From a virus (Duplodnaviria > Heunggongvirae > Uroviricota > Caudoviricetes): a stretch of 64,000 nt of DNA. The notes beneath the pieces were generated by a model, which was given only the letters and a program-made list of their open reading frames with translations, had not been told where the DNA came from and made no database searches. How positions within the stretch are numbered: the stretch's first letter is position 1; each line of letters opens with the position of its first letter. Positions 42,807-54,400 of the stretch are shown here, piece after piece. The DNA is taken from IMG/VR virus record IMGVR_UViG_3300030339_000018, one strand, 5' to 3'. Position numbers and translations under genes: made by a program.

Positions 42807-43441
42807 TTTATACTATTTTATATAGTACAAAGATAATAAAAATATTTGGTTAGGACAATAGAATTTCAAAATTAATTAAAAATAAGTTTAATGGATAAGT
42901 TAATCAAAAATATAAATATCTAACACGAGTTAAATATTTATATTTCTAACCAATTATTCGATAGGGATGTGAAAATTATACCTATTGTAGTAGGTATAAT
43001 TTATATAAAGTACCATCAATTGCTTCTAGTAAATCATCCAGAATAGCATGCATATGTGTGTATTTTGCATCTATAACATCATATCTATTTTCATAGATCA
43101 TTTCTTTTATACCCTCAAGATACTCTGTTGCAGTTAATTTATATCCATAAATTAAACTACTAAGATCATACTCTACTACTTTTTGTTCACAGCCCTGATA
43201 AACCTCTATTAATCTATCTGCAATTTCAGGAACTTCTTGATAAAAATCATTTAATGCTAAATGTTTAATACCAGAACTTGCTCCTTGGATTTGTAAATGT
43301 TTGATATGTGACATCGTCCCTATGGAAACTATTGTTCCAAAAAAACTTTCAGGTTTTGTTTTAATTTTACCCATATTTTAATATTTTTTATTATTTAATT
43401 ATCTTAATCTGTACAAAACTTTAATTCTTTTTCTATTTTTA

Positions 43442-43981
43442 TTAGAATACATTATTTTTTAAATACTGATTATAAACATAAGCAGCATGTAATTCACAGA
43501 TAAAATATCCTAAAAATATTTTTCTTTTTAATACTGAATCCCATATATTAGATAGCCATTTCTTCCTAGTTTCTACCCAACATACACCTGTATATTGAGA
43601 TGAAGTATTAGTTCTAACATACCCATCACTTACATTATATCTATTAGAAACAATTTCCAAATTATCTAAATAATTATTTAATTTATTCCCATCAATATGA
43701 TTAATAACAGTAGTTCTTTTATTTACTATATAATCAAGAAAAGACATAGCAACTAAAATATGAATACAATAACTTTTTCTAATTTTATTTTTTGTAAGAT
43801 TTACAGATAAATAATTAGTTCCACATGGTTTTAATATTTTATCTTTTTTAGCTTTATTATTACCTAATGATAATATATTACCAAAATTACTACATTTATA
43901 TAATCCTTCAAATGTAGGTATATCTTTCCAAATTTCTTGCATATTTTCCTTTGTTTTATTTAATATGCAAAGATACAACAT
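43442..43981 (-). CDS. HNH endonuclease fused to an AP2-like DNA-binding domain; true start probably an internal ATG near 43942
   Basis: ...INHIDGNKLNNYLDNLEIVSNRYN... followed by YTGVCWVETRKKW (AP2 YxGVxW). TAtCTTTG promoter-like motif at about 43973-43988. Confidence 0.5.
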   Translation of the reverse strand: MLYLCILNKTKENMQEIWKDIPTFEGLYKCSNFGNILSLGNNKAKKDKILKPCGTNYLSVNLTKNKIRKSYCIHILVAMSFLDYIVNKRTTVINHIDGNKLNNYLDNLEIVSNRYNVSDGYVRTNTSSQYTGVCWVETRKKWLSNIWDSVLKRKIFLGYFICELHAAYVYNQYLKNNVF

Positions 43982-44030
43982 TTTTTCGACATAAAAAAAT
44001 TAAAATCAAGTTTTATTTAAAATTTCTTAA

Positions 44031-44762
44031 TTACTGTTCATTTGTTGGTTTAAGCCAAAGTTTGGTATGTTTAAAAATATACAACTTTAAATCCCTATAT
44101 TTACACAACATTTCTAAAGTTTTAAATGTATCAAACTTAAAACATTTGTATAACTCTTCACGAATACGTTCTTCAGACACAACTCCCATTTTGTATTCAT
44201 AATCATAGTTCTCAATAACTTCTTGCATATTTGCTGGAATAGCTAAATTTTTAGTTAATGCAAAACGAATAGCTCTTAAAATTCTAAGGGGATCATCATT
44301 AAATGTTACATTACATGGAAGAGGTGTTCTAAGAATTCTAGCTCTTAAATCAGCTTCTCCATTAAATGGATCAATAATATTTCCATCTTCATCTTTAGCC
44401 ATAGCATTAACTGTAAAATCCCTACGTTCAAGATCATCATATAATGAACCAGGTACAATAATAGGTGTACGAGTTCCAGGTATATAACCAATTTCCTTAC
44501 GTGCCATTACAAAATCAGCAACACCTTTATATTTATGTCCTACTGGAAATTTAGCACGAATTGTATAACAATCTTTAGTTACTAAAAATATTTCAAACAT
44601 ATCTCTTCTTAAGATTTGTTCCAATAAAATAAACATATCACTAGCTTTACTATGTGAAGCAAGTAATATATCATTTGGAACAGCAACATAATCGACATCT
44701 TTATTTACTAATCCAAGAAATTCATCTCGAATCTTACCACCTACTTCATAGAATTTAAACAT
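44031..44762 (-). CDS. minimal class II nucleotidyltransferase (CCA-adding enzyme / poly(A) polymerase head domain)
   Basis: VGGKIRDEFLGLVNKDVDYVAV, i.e. the GGxxRD...DxD head-domain signature; 243 aa. Confidence 0.55.
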   Translation of the reverse strand: MFKFYEVGGKIRDEFLGLVNKDVDYVAVPNDILLASHSKASDMFILLEQILRRDMFEIFLVTKDCYTIRAKFPVGHKYKGVADFVMARKEIGYIPGTRTPIIVPGSLYDDLERRDFTVNAMAKDEDGNIIDPFNGEADLRARILRTPLPCNVTFNDDPLRILRAIRFALTKNLAIPANMQEVIENYDYEYKMGVVSEERIREELYKCFKFDTFKTLEMLCKYRDLKLYIFKHTKLWLKPTNEQ

Positions 44763-46692
44763 AATTTATAAATAATTTTTTACAATTTGATTTTTTAGGG
44801 AATACAATACTACCATCTAAAATATAGCACCAATAACTAAATTTATATGAATTATACATATAATTAGATATTTCATTAATATTAATTATTTTAAAATAAA
44901 TATAATTTTGCATTTTTAAATCATATCCTATAATAGATTTAATAGGAAATTGCAAAGATTCTTTTTGTATAATATTTAATTCTTTTTTAAAAAAATTAAA
45001 CATAATTATTTACTTTGTTGTTGAGAAAGTCCATTAATAAGTTCTTCAACCATTTTAGTAACTTTTTCATTTAATTCAGGATCAGTAATACCATTTTTAT
45101 CAGTTATAATAACTTGAATAGTATATTGTTCATCATTTTTTATAAAATTTTCTATCATTTTTTCTTTTTTTTAAAATATTTTAATAAAGGGTGAAATATT
45201 TTTGCATTAATCCATAAATAATTAATATATAAACAAATAACTACACATACACTAATCCAACTTAAAAAAATAAATCCTGCAGGTATAGAATCATTATTAT
45301 TATCATTAACCCAAGCAAATAAAAACCAACTAATAACAATACCAATTATATAAATTATTAAATATATCATTCTTCTTTATGATTAAAGTAACAAACAGTT
45401 GGATTATTTTTTTGAATATCAATATCAGGGTATTCAGCATGAAATTGTTGTAAATTAAATGGAGTAGTAATCAAATGCCATCCGCTTTTAGTTGGGATTG
45501 ATGCAATTATTTTACTTTTAATATAATTAACAGCACTCCCATTCTCAGTAGTTACTACTTGAGGTAAACAATGATAATCAATAAATGCACACATTATGGG
45601 TGAAATTTCTGGTTCATCTACATCAATAATCCAACGTTTCTGTCCGATATTAATTTTTGATCCAAGTTCTAATTCAGTTGCAGGTCCTTTACCATCTTCT
45701 TCATCTTCTAAATATCCTCCACCTATTATAGTATCAAATAATCTATAAGTATAATCAAATTGTTTAAACCTTAACCTATCTGCTAATTGACAATTAAGTT
45801 CATAAGCAGCCCTCTCCATACTTTTCTCATTAAGATTTATATATGCACGAGCAGTAAATATTTCACATAGTTGAATAATTTCTTGTTCATGTTTCTGAAA
45901 ATCTTCTATACTTTTTATATAATAAGTCTTAATACATCGAGCATTATTATTACGTCCTCTATCGAATTCAGCACAATCTTTTTTACGTTTAAGAATTTGT
46001 AAATGATAAAAAGAATCTTTTGTTGTAAATGATAATAAAGATGCTATTTGTTTAAAATTATTTACTATCATTTTCCAGTTAATTTGTTAATATCAATAAC
46101 AATAGCATTTGAATTATATTTTACAGAACATAATAATTGACAATCTAATACATCTTGTAAAGAATATTGAGGTTTATTAAGATCAATATATAATTGAGCT
46201 AATTGTTCTGTCGAAAATTCTTTAATATGACTACTATAAAAAGTAGTATCAAAATGTGTAGCTGGCATTAATTTAAAATCATATAATCTTACACCAAAAA
46301 AAGTACCACCTTTACGAATTTCTTTACCATCTTCTGTTATAAATAAAACAGGATTTTTATTTTTATTAATAAATCTCCAAGCAGCTTCTTTTGTAGAGAA
46401 ACGTTTAACTTCAGAATTACTAGCCACAGTATAATTACTAGTTTGTTTAGGAGGATTTAATGTAGCTAATACTACATACCACCAACTATCTCCTGAAAAA
46501 ATAGTTACATTATCTTCCGTTAAAAATAATGCACTAACTCTTTGCCAATATTCTGGATATTCTTCAAAATATGCATCATTCCATTTAGAACTATAATAAG
46601 TTTTAAAACTATATAATTCATTAATATTTTCTTGAGTTACAATATCTCCAATATTTAATATAGAAAATATTCCAGGGTATTTTTTTATTAAT

Positions 46693-46980
46693 TTAAATTT
46701 TTTCATTTTTATTTATACGTTGTTGAAGTCTATTCATTTTAAAATCAATTTGTTCTTGAACATAGTTCATATCAGTTAATTTTTCGAACTGTTGTGACAT
46801 AATCATTACATCAGCAAATTCTTTATTAATTTCTATCCAATTTTCTTTAGAATCATCTCTAGTTCTAAATTTATGAATTGCCATAGCAAGTTCCATACAT
46901 TCTTCTTGTAACATTGCTAATTGTGAATTAAATCCCCATTTAGCAATTGCTTGATCTAATATTGTTTGATCTATATTCAT
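46693..46980 (-). CDS. MazG-like nucleotide pyrophosphohydrolase (small all-alpha)
   Basis: LAMLQEECMELAMAI EExxE-type motif; 95 aa. Confidence 0.4.
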   Translation of the reverse strand: MNIDQTILDQAIAKWGFNSQLAMLQEECMELAMAIHKFRTRDDSKENWIEINKEFADVMIMSQQFEKLTDMNYVQEQIDFKMNRLQQRINKNEKI

Positions 46981-49044
46981 TATATTGTTGATAACATTTG
47001 ATCAATTTCATTACTTACATTTTTCTTTTTTGCTTGTGCATAAGATATAAACATAAGATTACAAAATTGATGTCCTATATGTGATAGACCACTTTCTGGG
47101 TCTAATTCTTCTCCATCTAAAATTGCAGCAGTATGGCGTAAAAAACTGTCCCATAATTCTGTCTCTGGAAATCCTTTTTTCCAATTATCTCTTCCACTAG
47201 ATATTAATTTAAGTTGTTTAGAATCTACAACAGATACTTCATTTCCTTTAATTTTATTCCCTTTATCATCTTCAAATATACTATATTTATGTGCTCCATA
47301 CATAAGTACTTGAATCATTGGTTCTAGTGATTTCCAATGCATTAATGACCATTGAAGTTTTCCCTCATTATATCGTAATCCTTGTTCTTCCATTAACATC
47401 CTCCTCCACAATCATCACAATGCCACATTCCACATTCCCATGTAACATTAAATTCATAATCATAACCACTTTCTTCGGCCATTGCACTGCAATGTTCACA
47501 CCATTCTGGTTCATAAGTTAGTTCATCTAAATCCTCATCTAAAAGAAAATGTTTATTTTCTTTATATTCTTTAAATTCTAATTCCATAATATATAAGACC
47601 ACCTACGATATGTAGATGGCCTGTAAAAAATCAATTTATCTTTTATTCAATTATTTCAAAAGTAAACTTATTACTTCCAGCAAATTGAGTTAAATGGTAA
47701 AGAATACGAGCTTCTTCATTTAATTCAAGCCATACATTTTTTTTAATTCCGGATGGACATTCATCTGAAATAAAATTCATTACAGCACTTCCACTAATAT
47801 TTAAATTTTGTGTACAGTCTTGAACAGTACGTGGTTTAAAATCATTTGGTGCGGAATAATGTCCTTTTGGAGTTAAATACATTCCAGTAGGTAATCCTTT
47901 AGAATCAGTCATTTGAAGTTCCATTGGAGATGTATTAATTTTTGAGACTACTTCTTTAGTAGATTTATAGGATACCGGAGTACCTAACTCACCTCCGATA
48001 TGCACGGTCAGTAAGATTTTTGAAGTTTTATTTAATAACATAATATTTATTTCCACGTAAAAATATAACCTATTCCAGTTATATATTGAAATTGAATAGT
48101 AACAATTCTAAAATTATTATTCATTATCCAACTAATTCTAGATTTTATAATATAATTTTTATTATAAATATCTATAATATTTTTAGCCAAAGTAAGATTT
48201 TTAGTAACAATAGAAGTTTGATAACAAAATCCTGCATTATTTAAATAATAAAATACATCTACATTAGAATATATAACAATTAAACAAGGAATTTTCTCTA
48301 TAATAGAGTATCTCATATCATTATTGGTAAATTCATTTTTAATTTCATCCAATGAAGAACCAATTCTAGCTTGTGAATATATATTTACATATATACATAA
48401 ACTAACTAAAAAAACTATAAAACGTTTCATTTCTTTTTATTATTTTCAGTTTGAGCTTTAATAAAATTTTTAATTTGAAGTTGTTGCCCTGAAGTAAACA
48501 TAGTCATATCAAAATTATTTTTAGATGATTTTACTATTGAAAAAGTCTCATTTTCTTTTCTTAATTTTATAACTTCTTTTTCTAATTCCTGCATTCTAGT
48601 ATTATTTCCAATTTCTGAAATATCAGCTGCACTTTGCATAATAATACACCAATTAATAAGAAATGGTTTTAACTCTGTAAAAGTATTATAAATAAAAACT
48701 TTATTATTTATAGCTAATATATATTGAGTATTTGAATTATTTGGTACTAAAATATTCAATGCAAATTGAGAACTATTAGCGGATAAATGATTAGCAATAC
48801 GAATTTTTTTATTACCGATACGATAATAAATAGAACCAGAAGCAGAATTTATTAGTAATTCTGTTCTGGTTTCTAAAAATTTAGTTAATTTTGACACTTT
48901 TCAATTGGTTTAAGACTAATAGTGTGATTTTCTAATACATTATTAATAATTATTTCTCTACATTCTTCAATGAATTGTTCATCAGAACACGTAAGTATTG
49001 CTTTGTATTTTTTCAATAAAATTTTTAATTCTTCTTCCATATTT

Positions 49045-50622
49045 TTAATCAAAGTTTAATTCTATTACTTCTGGAAAATATTGCTCTGTTAATGATTTTT
49101 TTACTGATAAAGGTTTTGTTCCTAAAAAATCATAAAAATTTATATGAGCTTGTATTCCTTGAATATAAGCATTTGTTACTCTTTCTTTTCTTGGTTTACA
49201 AATATTATACTTTTCACACCATTCATCAAAAGATATAATTGGATAATCATATTTTTTACATTCTTCAACAGTATATGATGCATAAGAATATATACAATAT
49301 GAAATACCTTTACCATATTGCGAACTTAAAAACCAATTTTCCTCAGGTTGATATCCTTTATATTTACAAACAAAATCCCATTCTTCTTGACTTTTACATT
49401 CTATTGCAAATTCTAAATTTTCTTTAGTTTTTACTTTTTTATTTGCATTTATAGACAAAGAATTTAATTTTTGCATTTCATAAGCTTCTTTTGTAATTTC
49501 AAGTATTTCAGCCCATTTGCCTTTTTTATATAAACATCCTTTACCACTTTCTCCATAAATTAAATCTAAACTAATAAATTCTTGAACTGGAATTACAACA
49601 GTGTATACTTCATTTCCTTCTCCAGCTGTTACATACTTAGTGCCTATAGGATAATCTTTAGCAGCTTTAGCTAATAATTTTTCTTTAGAAATATTTATAG
49701 ATTTTTCAAAATTCATAAATTGTTCAAAAGTAATTGGTGTATAACAATTTTCTATTTGACTACTAGTACATTGATTCATTCCATATTCAGGATAATGCCA
49801 ATAACTATCTGATGAACCACTGACTTCTCTTTTAACTAATTTATTAAATTTTTCATTAATTTGATCTTTATTATTAAAAGTAGATTGTATACACCATTTT
49901 TCAGGGTATATAAAAGGAACAATAATTTCGGAAGAATCTGATTCTTTTAATACATACTTTTTAAATTCATCAAATGTAATTACAGTAGAAGTTGTTTTAC
50001 CAGTACCAAAACCATTATTATCAACATATGAATAAGTAGATACTGATTTAAGATTGTTACGTCCTAATTTAATTTTAAAATCACTAAGTATTTTATAATT
50101 TTCTTCAGTAACTTTAACACACCACCTAAAGGGTAAAACAAATTCTGGAACTTTAATTGCTTCAAAAACTATTTCAGTTCTTTTTAATACATATTTTTTA
50201 AATTGATCAAAAGTAATTTCAATACAACTATTATTAAATTCTTTAGTATGCCATCCATCACAATCTAAATAACCAGGATTAATCCATTCTGAACTTGTTT
50301 TAGTTTTTCTCCAAACAGCTATTTCTTCAGGTTTATTATTTGCTTCAACTTTTACACACCATTTTGTAGGAAGTATAAATTTAAAAGGATCATATCCTAA
50401 AAATTCTTGAATTATAATTTCTTGTCCTAAAGGAAGTGATCTAGTAAGTATATTTGCATCAGAAGTTACTAAATAAGGCCAATTTTCTTTTAAATTATTA
50501 TAAATAGTTTTAGAAGTTATTGAAATATCATATCCATTTTTTTCGAGTTTATCCCAAATTAAAAGAAAAATATCATAAGTTAATTCTGGTATATATTTTA
50601 TACATTTATTTGTTAAAATCAT
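49045..50622 (-). CDS. large repeat-containing hypothetical protein, paralog of 56690..57871
   Basis: The two share an N-terminus (M(I)LTN+ (C/Y)(I/L)KY(I/N)P..T(Y/L)(D/E)(I/V)F..IW(D/N)KL(E/Y)(K/E)(N/K)G(Y/W)) and a C-terminus ...YFPEV(I/T)ELNFD. Three internal ITF(D/E)(Q/E)F(K/M)(K/N)(Y/F) repeats. Confidence 0.4.
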   Translation of the reverse strand: MILTNKCIKYIPELTYDIFLLIWDKLEKNGYDISITSKTIYNNLKENWPYLVTSDANILTRSLPLGQEIIIQEFLGYDPFKFILPTKWCVKVEANNKPEEIAVWRKTKTSSEWINPGYLDCDGWHTKEFNNSCIEITFDQFKKYVLKRTEIVFEAIKVPEFVLPFRWCVKVTEENYKILSDFKIKLGRNNLKSVSTYSYVDNNGFGTGKTTSTVITFDEFKKYVLKESDSSEIIVPFIYPEKWCIQSTFNNKDQINEKFNKLVKREVSGSSDSYWHYPEYGMNQCTSSQIENCYTPITFEQFMNFEKSINISKEKLLAKAAKDYPIGTKYVTAGEGNEVYTVVIPVQEFISLDLIYGESGKGCLYKKGKWAEILEITKEAYEMQKLNSLSINANKKVKTKENLEFAIECKSQEEWDFVCKYKGYQPEENWFLSSQYGKGISYCIYSYASYTVEECKKYDYPIISFDEWCEKYNICKPRKERVTNAYIQGIQAHINFYDFLGTKPLSVKKSLTEQYFPEVIELNFD

Positions 50623-50648
50623 AATAATTTATTTTATGTTATTAATTG

Positions 50649-50725
50649 TGGTATTAGAAAGATTCGAACCTTCAACCTCGTACCTTGCGGGTTTAACGTG
50701 CTCTAACCAATTGAGCTATAATACC
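50649..50725 (-). tRNA. tRNA-like gene with canonical acceptor, D and T arms but a non-canonical 25-nt anticodon/variable region; identity undetermined
   Basis: GGTATTA-TA-GCTCAATTGGTTAGAGC-A-[CGTTAAACCCGCAAGGTACGAGGTT]-GAAGG-TTCGAAT-CTTTC-TAATACC-A. No 5-bp stem plus 7-nt loop can be drawn in the bracketed part. Confidence 0.4.
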
Positions 50726-53700
50726 AAAAAAAAGTTGTTTAATAATAAGAAATATAGTTAATGCTAGAAATAAAGTTAAAGTCAAAGACCTCTTTTACAA
50801 CAAAGGCAAAGACAAAACACAAAGTTATCATAGGTATACCTATGACGTTTTTTTTGAATTTTATAAAGTTCGTAAAAGAGCGGTTTAGTTTTGATTATTT
50901 TATCATTATTGTTACCTTAACAAGGTAATGCTTATGCAGCATTGAGTAGATATCCCACGAGGGGATGAATTTGGTTCTTATTATTAAACATAAAAGATAA
51001 GTGCATCGGCTTATGCTTATCACTTATCTACCTTTAATTAAAATTTAAAAAGTTTTTTTGGTGCTGAATCAACTACAATCTCAATCTTAATTGGTTCTTG
51101 TACAGGTTCTGCATCTTTAATTTTAAGTACTAAATCAAGAGCAATTGCAAGTTCTCTATCATTATCACCACTATCATCAGAAATATTAAGAGTTGCATAT
51201 TTAGTTTTCCAATCTTCGGAAATAACTTCATAAGTATCTGATTCAGTTACTATAGGTATTTCTCCTTGAAAATCTACAACAATTAATGGAATATAAGAAG
51301 CTGAATAAATATGTTCATGGTTAGTATCTAAATAATGATCATATTCTGTCCATTGACCTTTACCTACTAATACTTTATCATCTCCGGCATCAAAATCATG
51401 ATTTGGAGGAATAACTAAAATATAATCAGCTTTATCAAGAGTATCAAAAGAATATTTACCTCCTTCAAATTCAAGAACTTCACAATCAAATCCAGCAAGA
51501 TAATCCTGAACCATACGAATATGGTCTGGATCACCTGCTTTAGACTTACATAAATAAATTTTAAGTATCATTATACAGTAACTTTAACTAAAAATTTATC
51601 AATGATTGGTTGAAACAATGGATCAACAGTAATACGTAAAGCAGCTAATTTCTTAATTGTTTCTTGGCGTTCAATTTCAAATTCTGATTCAATTTTAGAA
51701 CATGCATCATTATAATCACGCATTTCATCATTGTAGTCAGTATTTAAAACTTTATTAATGTCATTAACTCTAAAAGTTTCATCGGCATTTAATTTAGCTA
51801 TTCGAGCATTTTCAGTTGTAACTATAGTTTTTACTTTAGCTTTAAAATAATTTGTTCTTTGTTCATATTTGCGATGAATAATAGATAATTTTTCATGTAA
51901 AGATTGTAACTCTTCAGCTGTATGATTAGCAGTAATAATTACTGGACTCTTAGTTCCGGCAACAACATCAATCCATTCAATTGAAGGAAGTTTATTTAAT
52001 TCATCTCTTAATTTCTCAAGAATAGAACCTTTATGAATAAATTGACCAATATGAGCAGCAAGTGCTTCAACTTGATAAAATTCATTCATTTCTTTCACTG
52101 AAAGTTGTTCCCAACCCCACTCTTCATTTACATTATTAAGTAAATGAGACATTGAATATAAAGGACGAGGTACTATTTCAACAATAGTTAAATCAGGTTG
52201 TTCATTTTTAGCAGCCATCAATAAGCGTTCTTTTGTTTTAAGATTTTCTATCAAAAAAGCTTGACAACCAGTTAGTAATCCTTTTTCTTCCAACATTTCA
52301 ATCACATTAACCGGCATTACATTTCCTTTTTGCAAAGTATGTGTAATAGTACCAATTACTATAGTTTTAGATGCTGTGTTTACATTTTTTAAACAATTTG
52401 TAATATCTAATGCTCTTTGATTACAAAGATTAGATATTGATTGAGCTTCTGACATACTCAATCCTTTTTCTGATAATGAATGCTTTCTCATTTTATTTTA
52501 AGTATTTAATTTTTTTTCAATAAGTTGTTTTATAGTATCTTCAGGTGAAGATAATCCAGTTAATCCAGATATAGCACATCCAATCTTTCGTGCTGTATCA
52601 GCACATTCTCTTTTAACATAAGCTATTTCTTTTAATGCACTTCCAGCTTTCTTACGGCTTTCGTATTCTGCTTGATTAGTATTATAAAAAGCCAATGCAA
52701 TATCCATAGCACGTTGTCGTTCTTCAACTAACAATTGAAGTACTTCTTCTTTGTTGTATAATTGCTTCTCTGGGCCTACAAATATATCCCACATGTTTTC
52801 AATTTCACTACCTACCAATGAATCTTGTCTTCTATAAGAAGGCATAATCAATCTAGTATTCAGTTCACGCTCTTTCAAAGATAATTCCATATTCCACCAT
52901 TTAATGGCAGTCATTCTATTTCCTGACATTATTTCTTTAGTTTTAAAATTGAATCTTTATCAATAACAGTTTTAGTATAAAATGAGCCAGCTCTAACACC
53001 TTCATAATCTACTTGAACATATTTCATTGCCACATTTTCAACGCAATCATCAATACCTTGATTATATGCATCATCTTGAATCTCCTGAATCATTAAAACA
53101 TAATCATCATAGCCAAAGTCGCCTTTCATGATTTGTTTCATTGCGTATTTTGCGGGATTTATCATTTTATTAATTTTTAAATTAGTTAGATTCTCAGGTT
53201 CGAACTGAGCTTTACCAACACTATGTCGGTCTGTGCACTAATACACTAAATCAATAGGAATGTCAATCCCTCCAACAGTTTCTATCTGTAATAGTGATTT
53301 TCTCGGATAGAAAATTTACAAAAGAATTCTATTTTATACGTATAGATACATATTCTTATTCATAACCAACCTTTAAGAATGGAACCAACATGAATATACA
53401 TGCTCAACCTATTTTGACATAACAGGATTTTTATTTTTTAATAGAAAATGATTTTAATTCACCAGTTTCTATACATTTTTGTACAAATGTAATTTTATAA
53501 ACTTTACCACGTTTATTACTAAATTCTACTCGTTCTTGAATAGAAAAAGTAGGCTCAATTGGTGGAAGTCCTATCCAATAAGCTTTACCACAATGTTTAC
53601 AACGTTGGTAGCCTTTTGCATCAAGATAATCATATTCATGAATATGAAAAATACTATTAAGTAAGATCATTTTTTATTTAGTTTTATTTATATAAAAATT

Positions 53701-53983
53701 TATAATTTGTTTAAGTTCTTCTTCATCTGTTGCTATAACTAATTTATCATATCCAAATAATCCAAACATTCTATAACCACGACATAATATATATCCTTTA
53801 TAATCAATACCATTATATTGATATTTATGTTCTAAAATAAAATATCCTATATTAGTATTAAATAACCATTTTAATATTTTCATAATTAATTTTTTATTAA
53901 TTTAAAAATGGAATAAGTGGGCTTCACAGCAGACTTATTCACGAACTCAAAAACACTATATCATTAATCAAATGATTGTATAG

Positions 53984-54400
53984 TGGAAATGGTGGGAGTC
54001 GAACCCACGTCTTCCTCAGGAATCCATAATAAAATTTTACAGCTTAGCTTTTACAGTTGCTTATCTGCTATTTCTTGAAAAGAAACATTGAAATAACATG
54101 GGACTGTTTGGTTACAAACAGAACACCACCAGTACGTGTAACGTACACTTTAACAACCCTCAGTAAGGAGGCGATGTATTACAATTGTTCTTAGTAGGAA
54201 CATGACTATTACTCAATTATTGAATAATAAGGTCAATTGACAACCCCATTGGATATTATGCTGCTACAGCGTAAGCTGTGCGACTACCAAAAATAAGCGA
54301 TTTAACGTTTTCTTTTATTGTTTTGATCTCTGATTAACGAGGGTGGTCTACCTCAGCTGTTTTACTATTTATCTACTGCGAATCAATACCAAGCATTCCC
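53984..54400 (-). ncRNA. ssrA: tmRNA (ssrA)-like RNA, about 417 nt
   Basis: 5' GGGAATGCTTGGTATTGATTCGCAG... resembles the tmRNA 5' end (GGGG..GAUUCG). 3' end is ...GTGGG-TTCGACT-CCCAC-CATTTCC-A. Acceptor GGGAATG/CATTTCC includes a G3.U70 pair. Internal ORF ...GGT AGT CGC ACA GCT TAC GCT GTA GCA GCA TAA encodes ...TAYAVAA*, about 110-145 nt from the 5' end. Confidence 0.6.
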
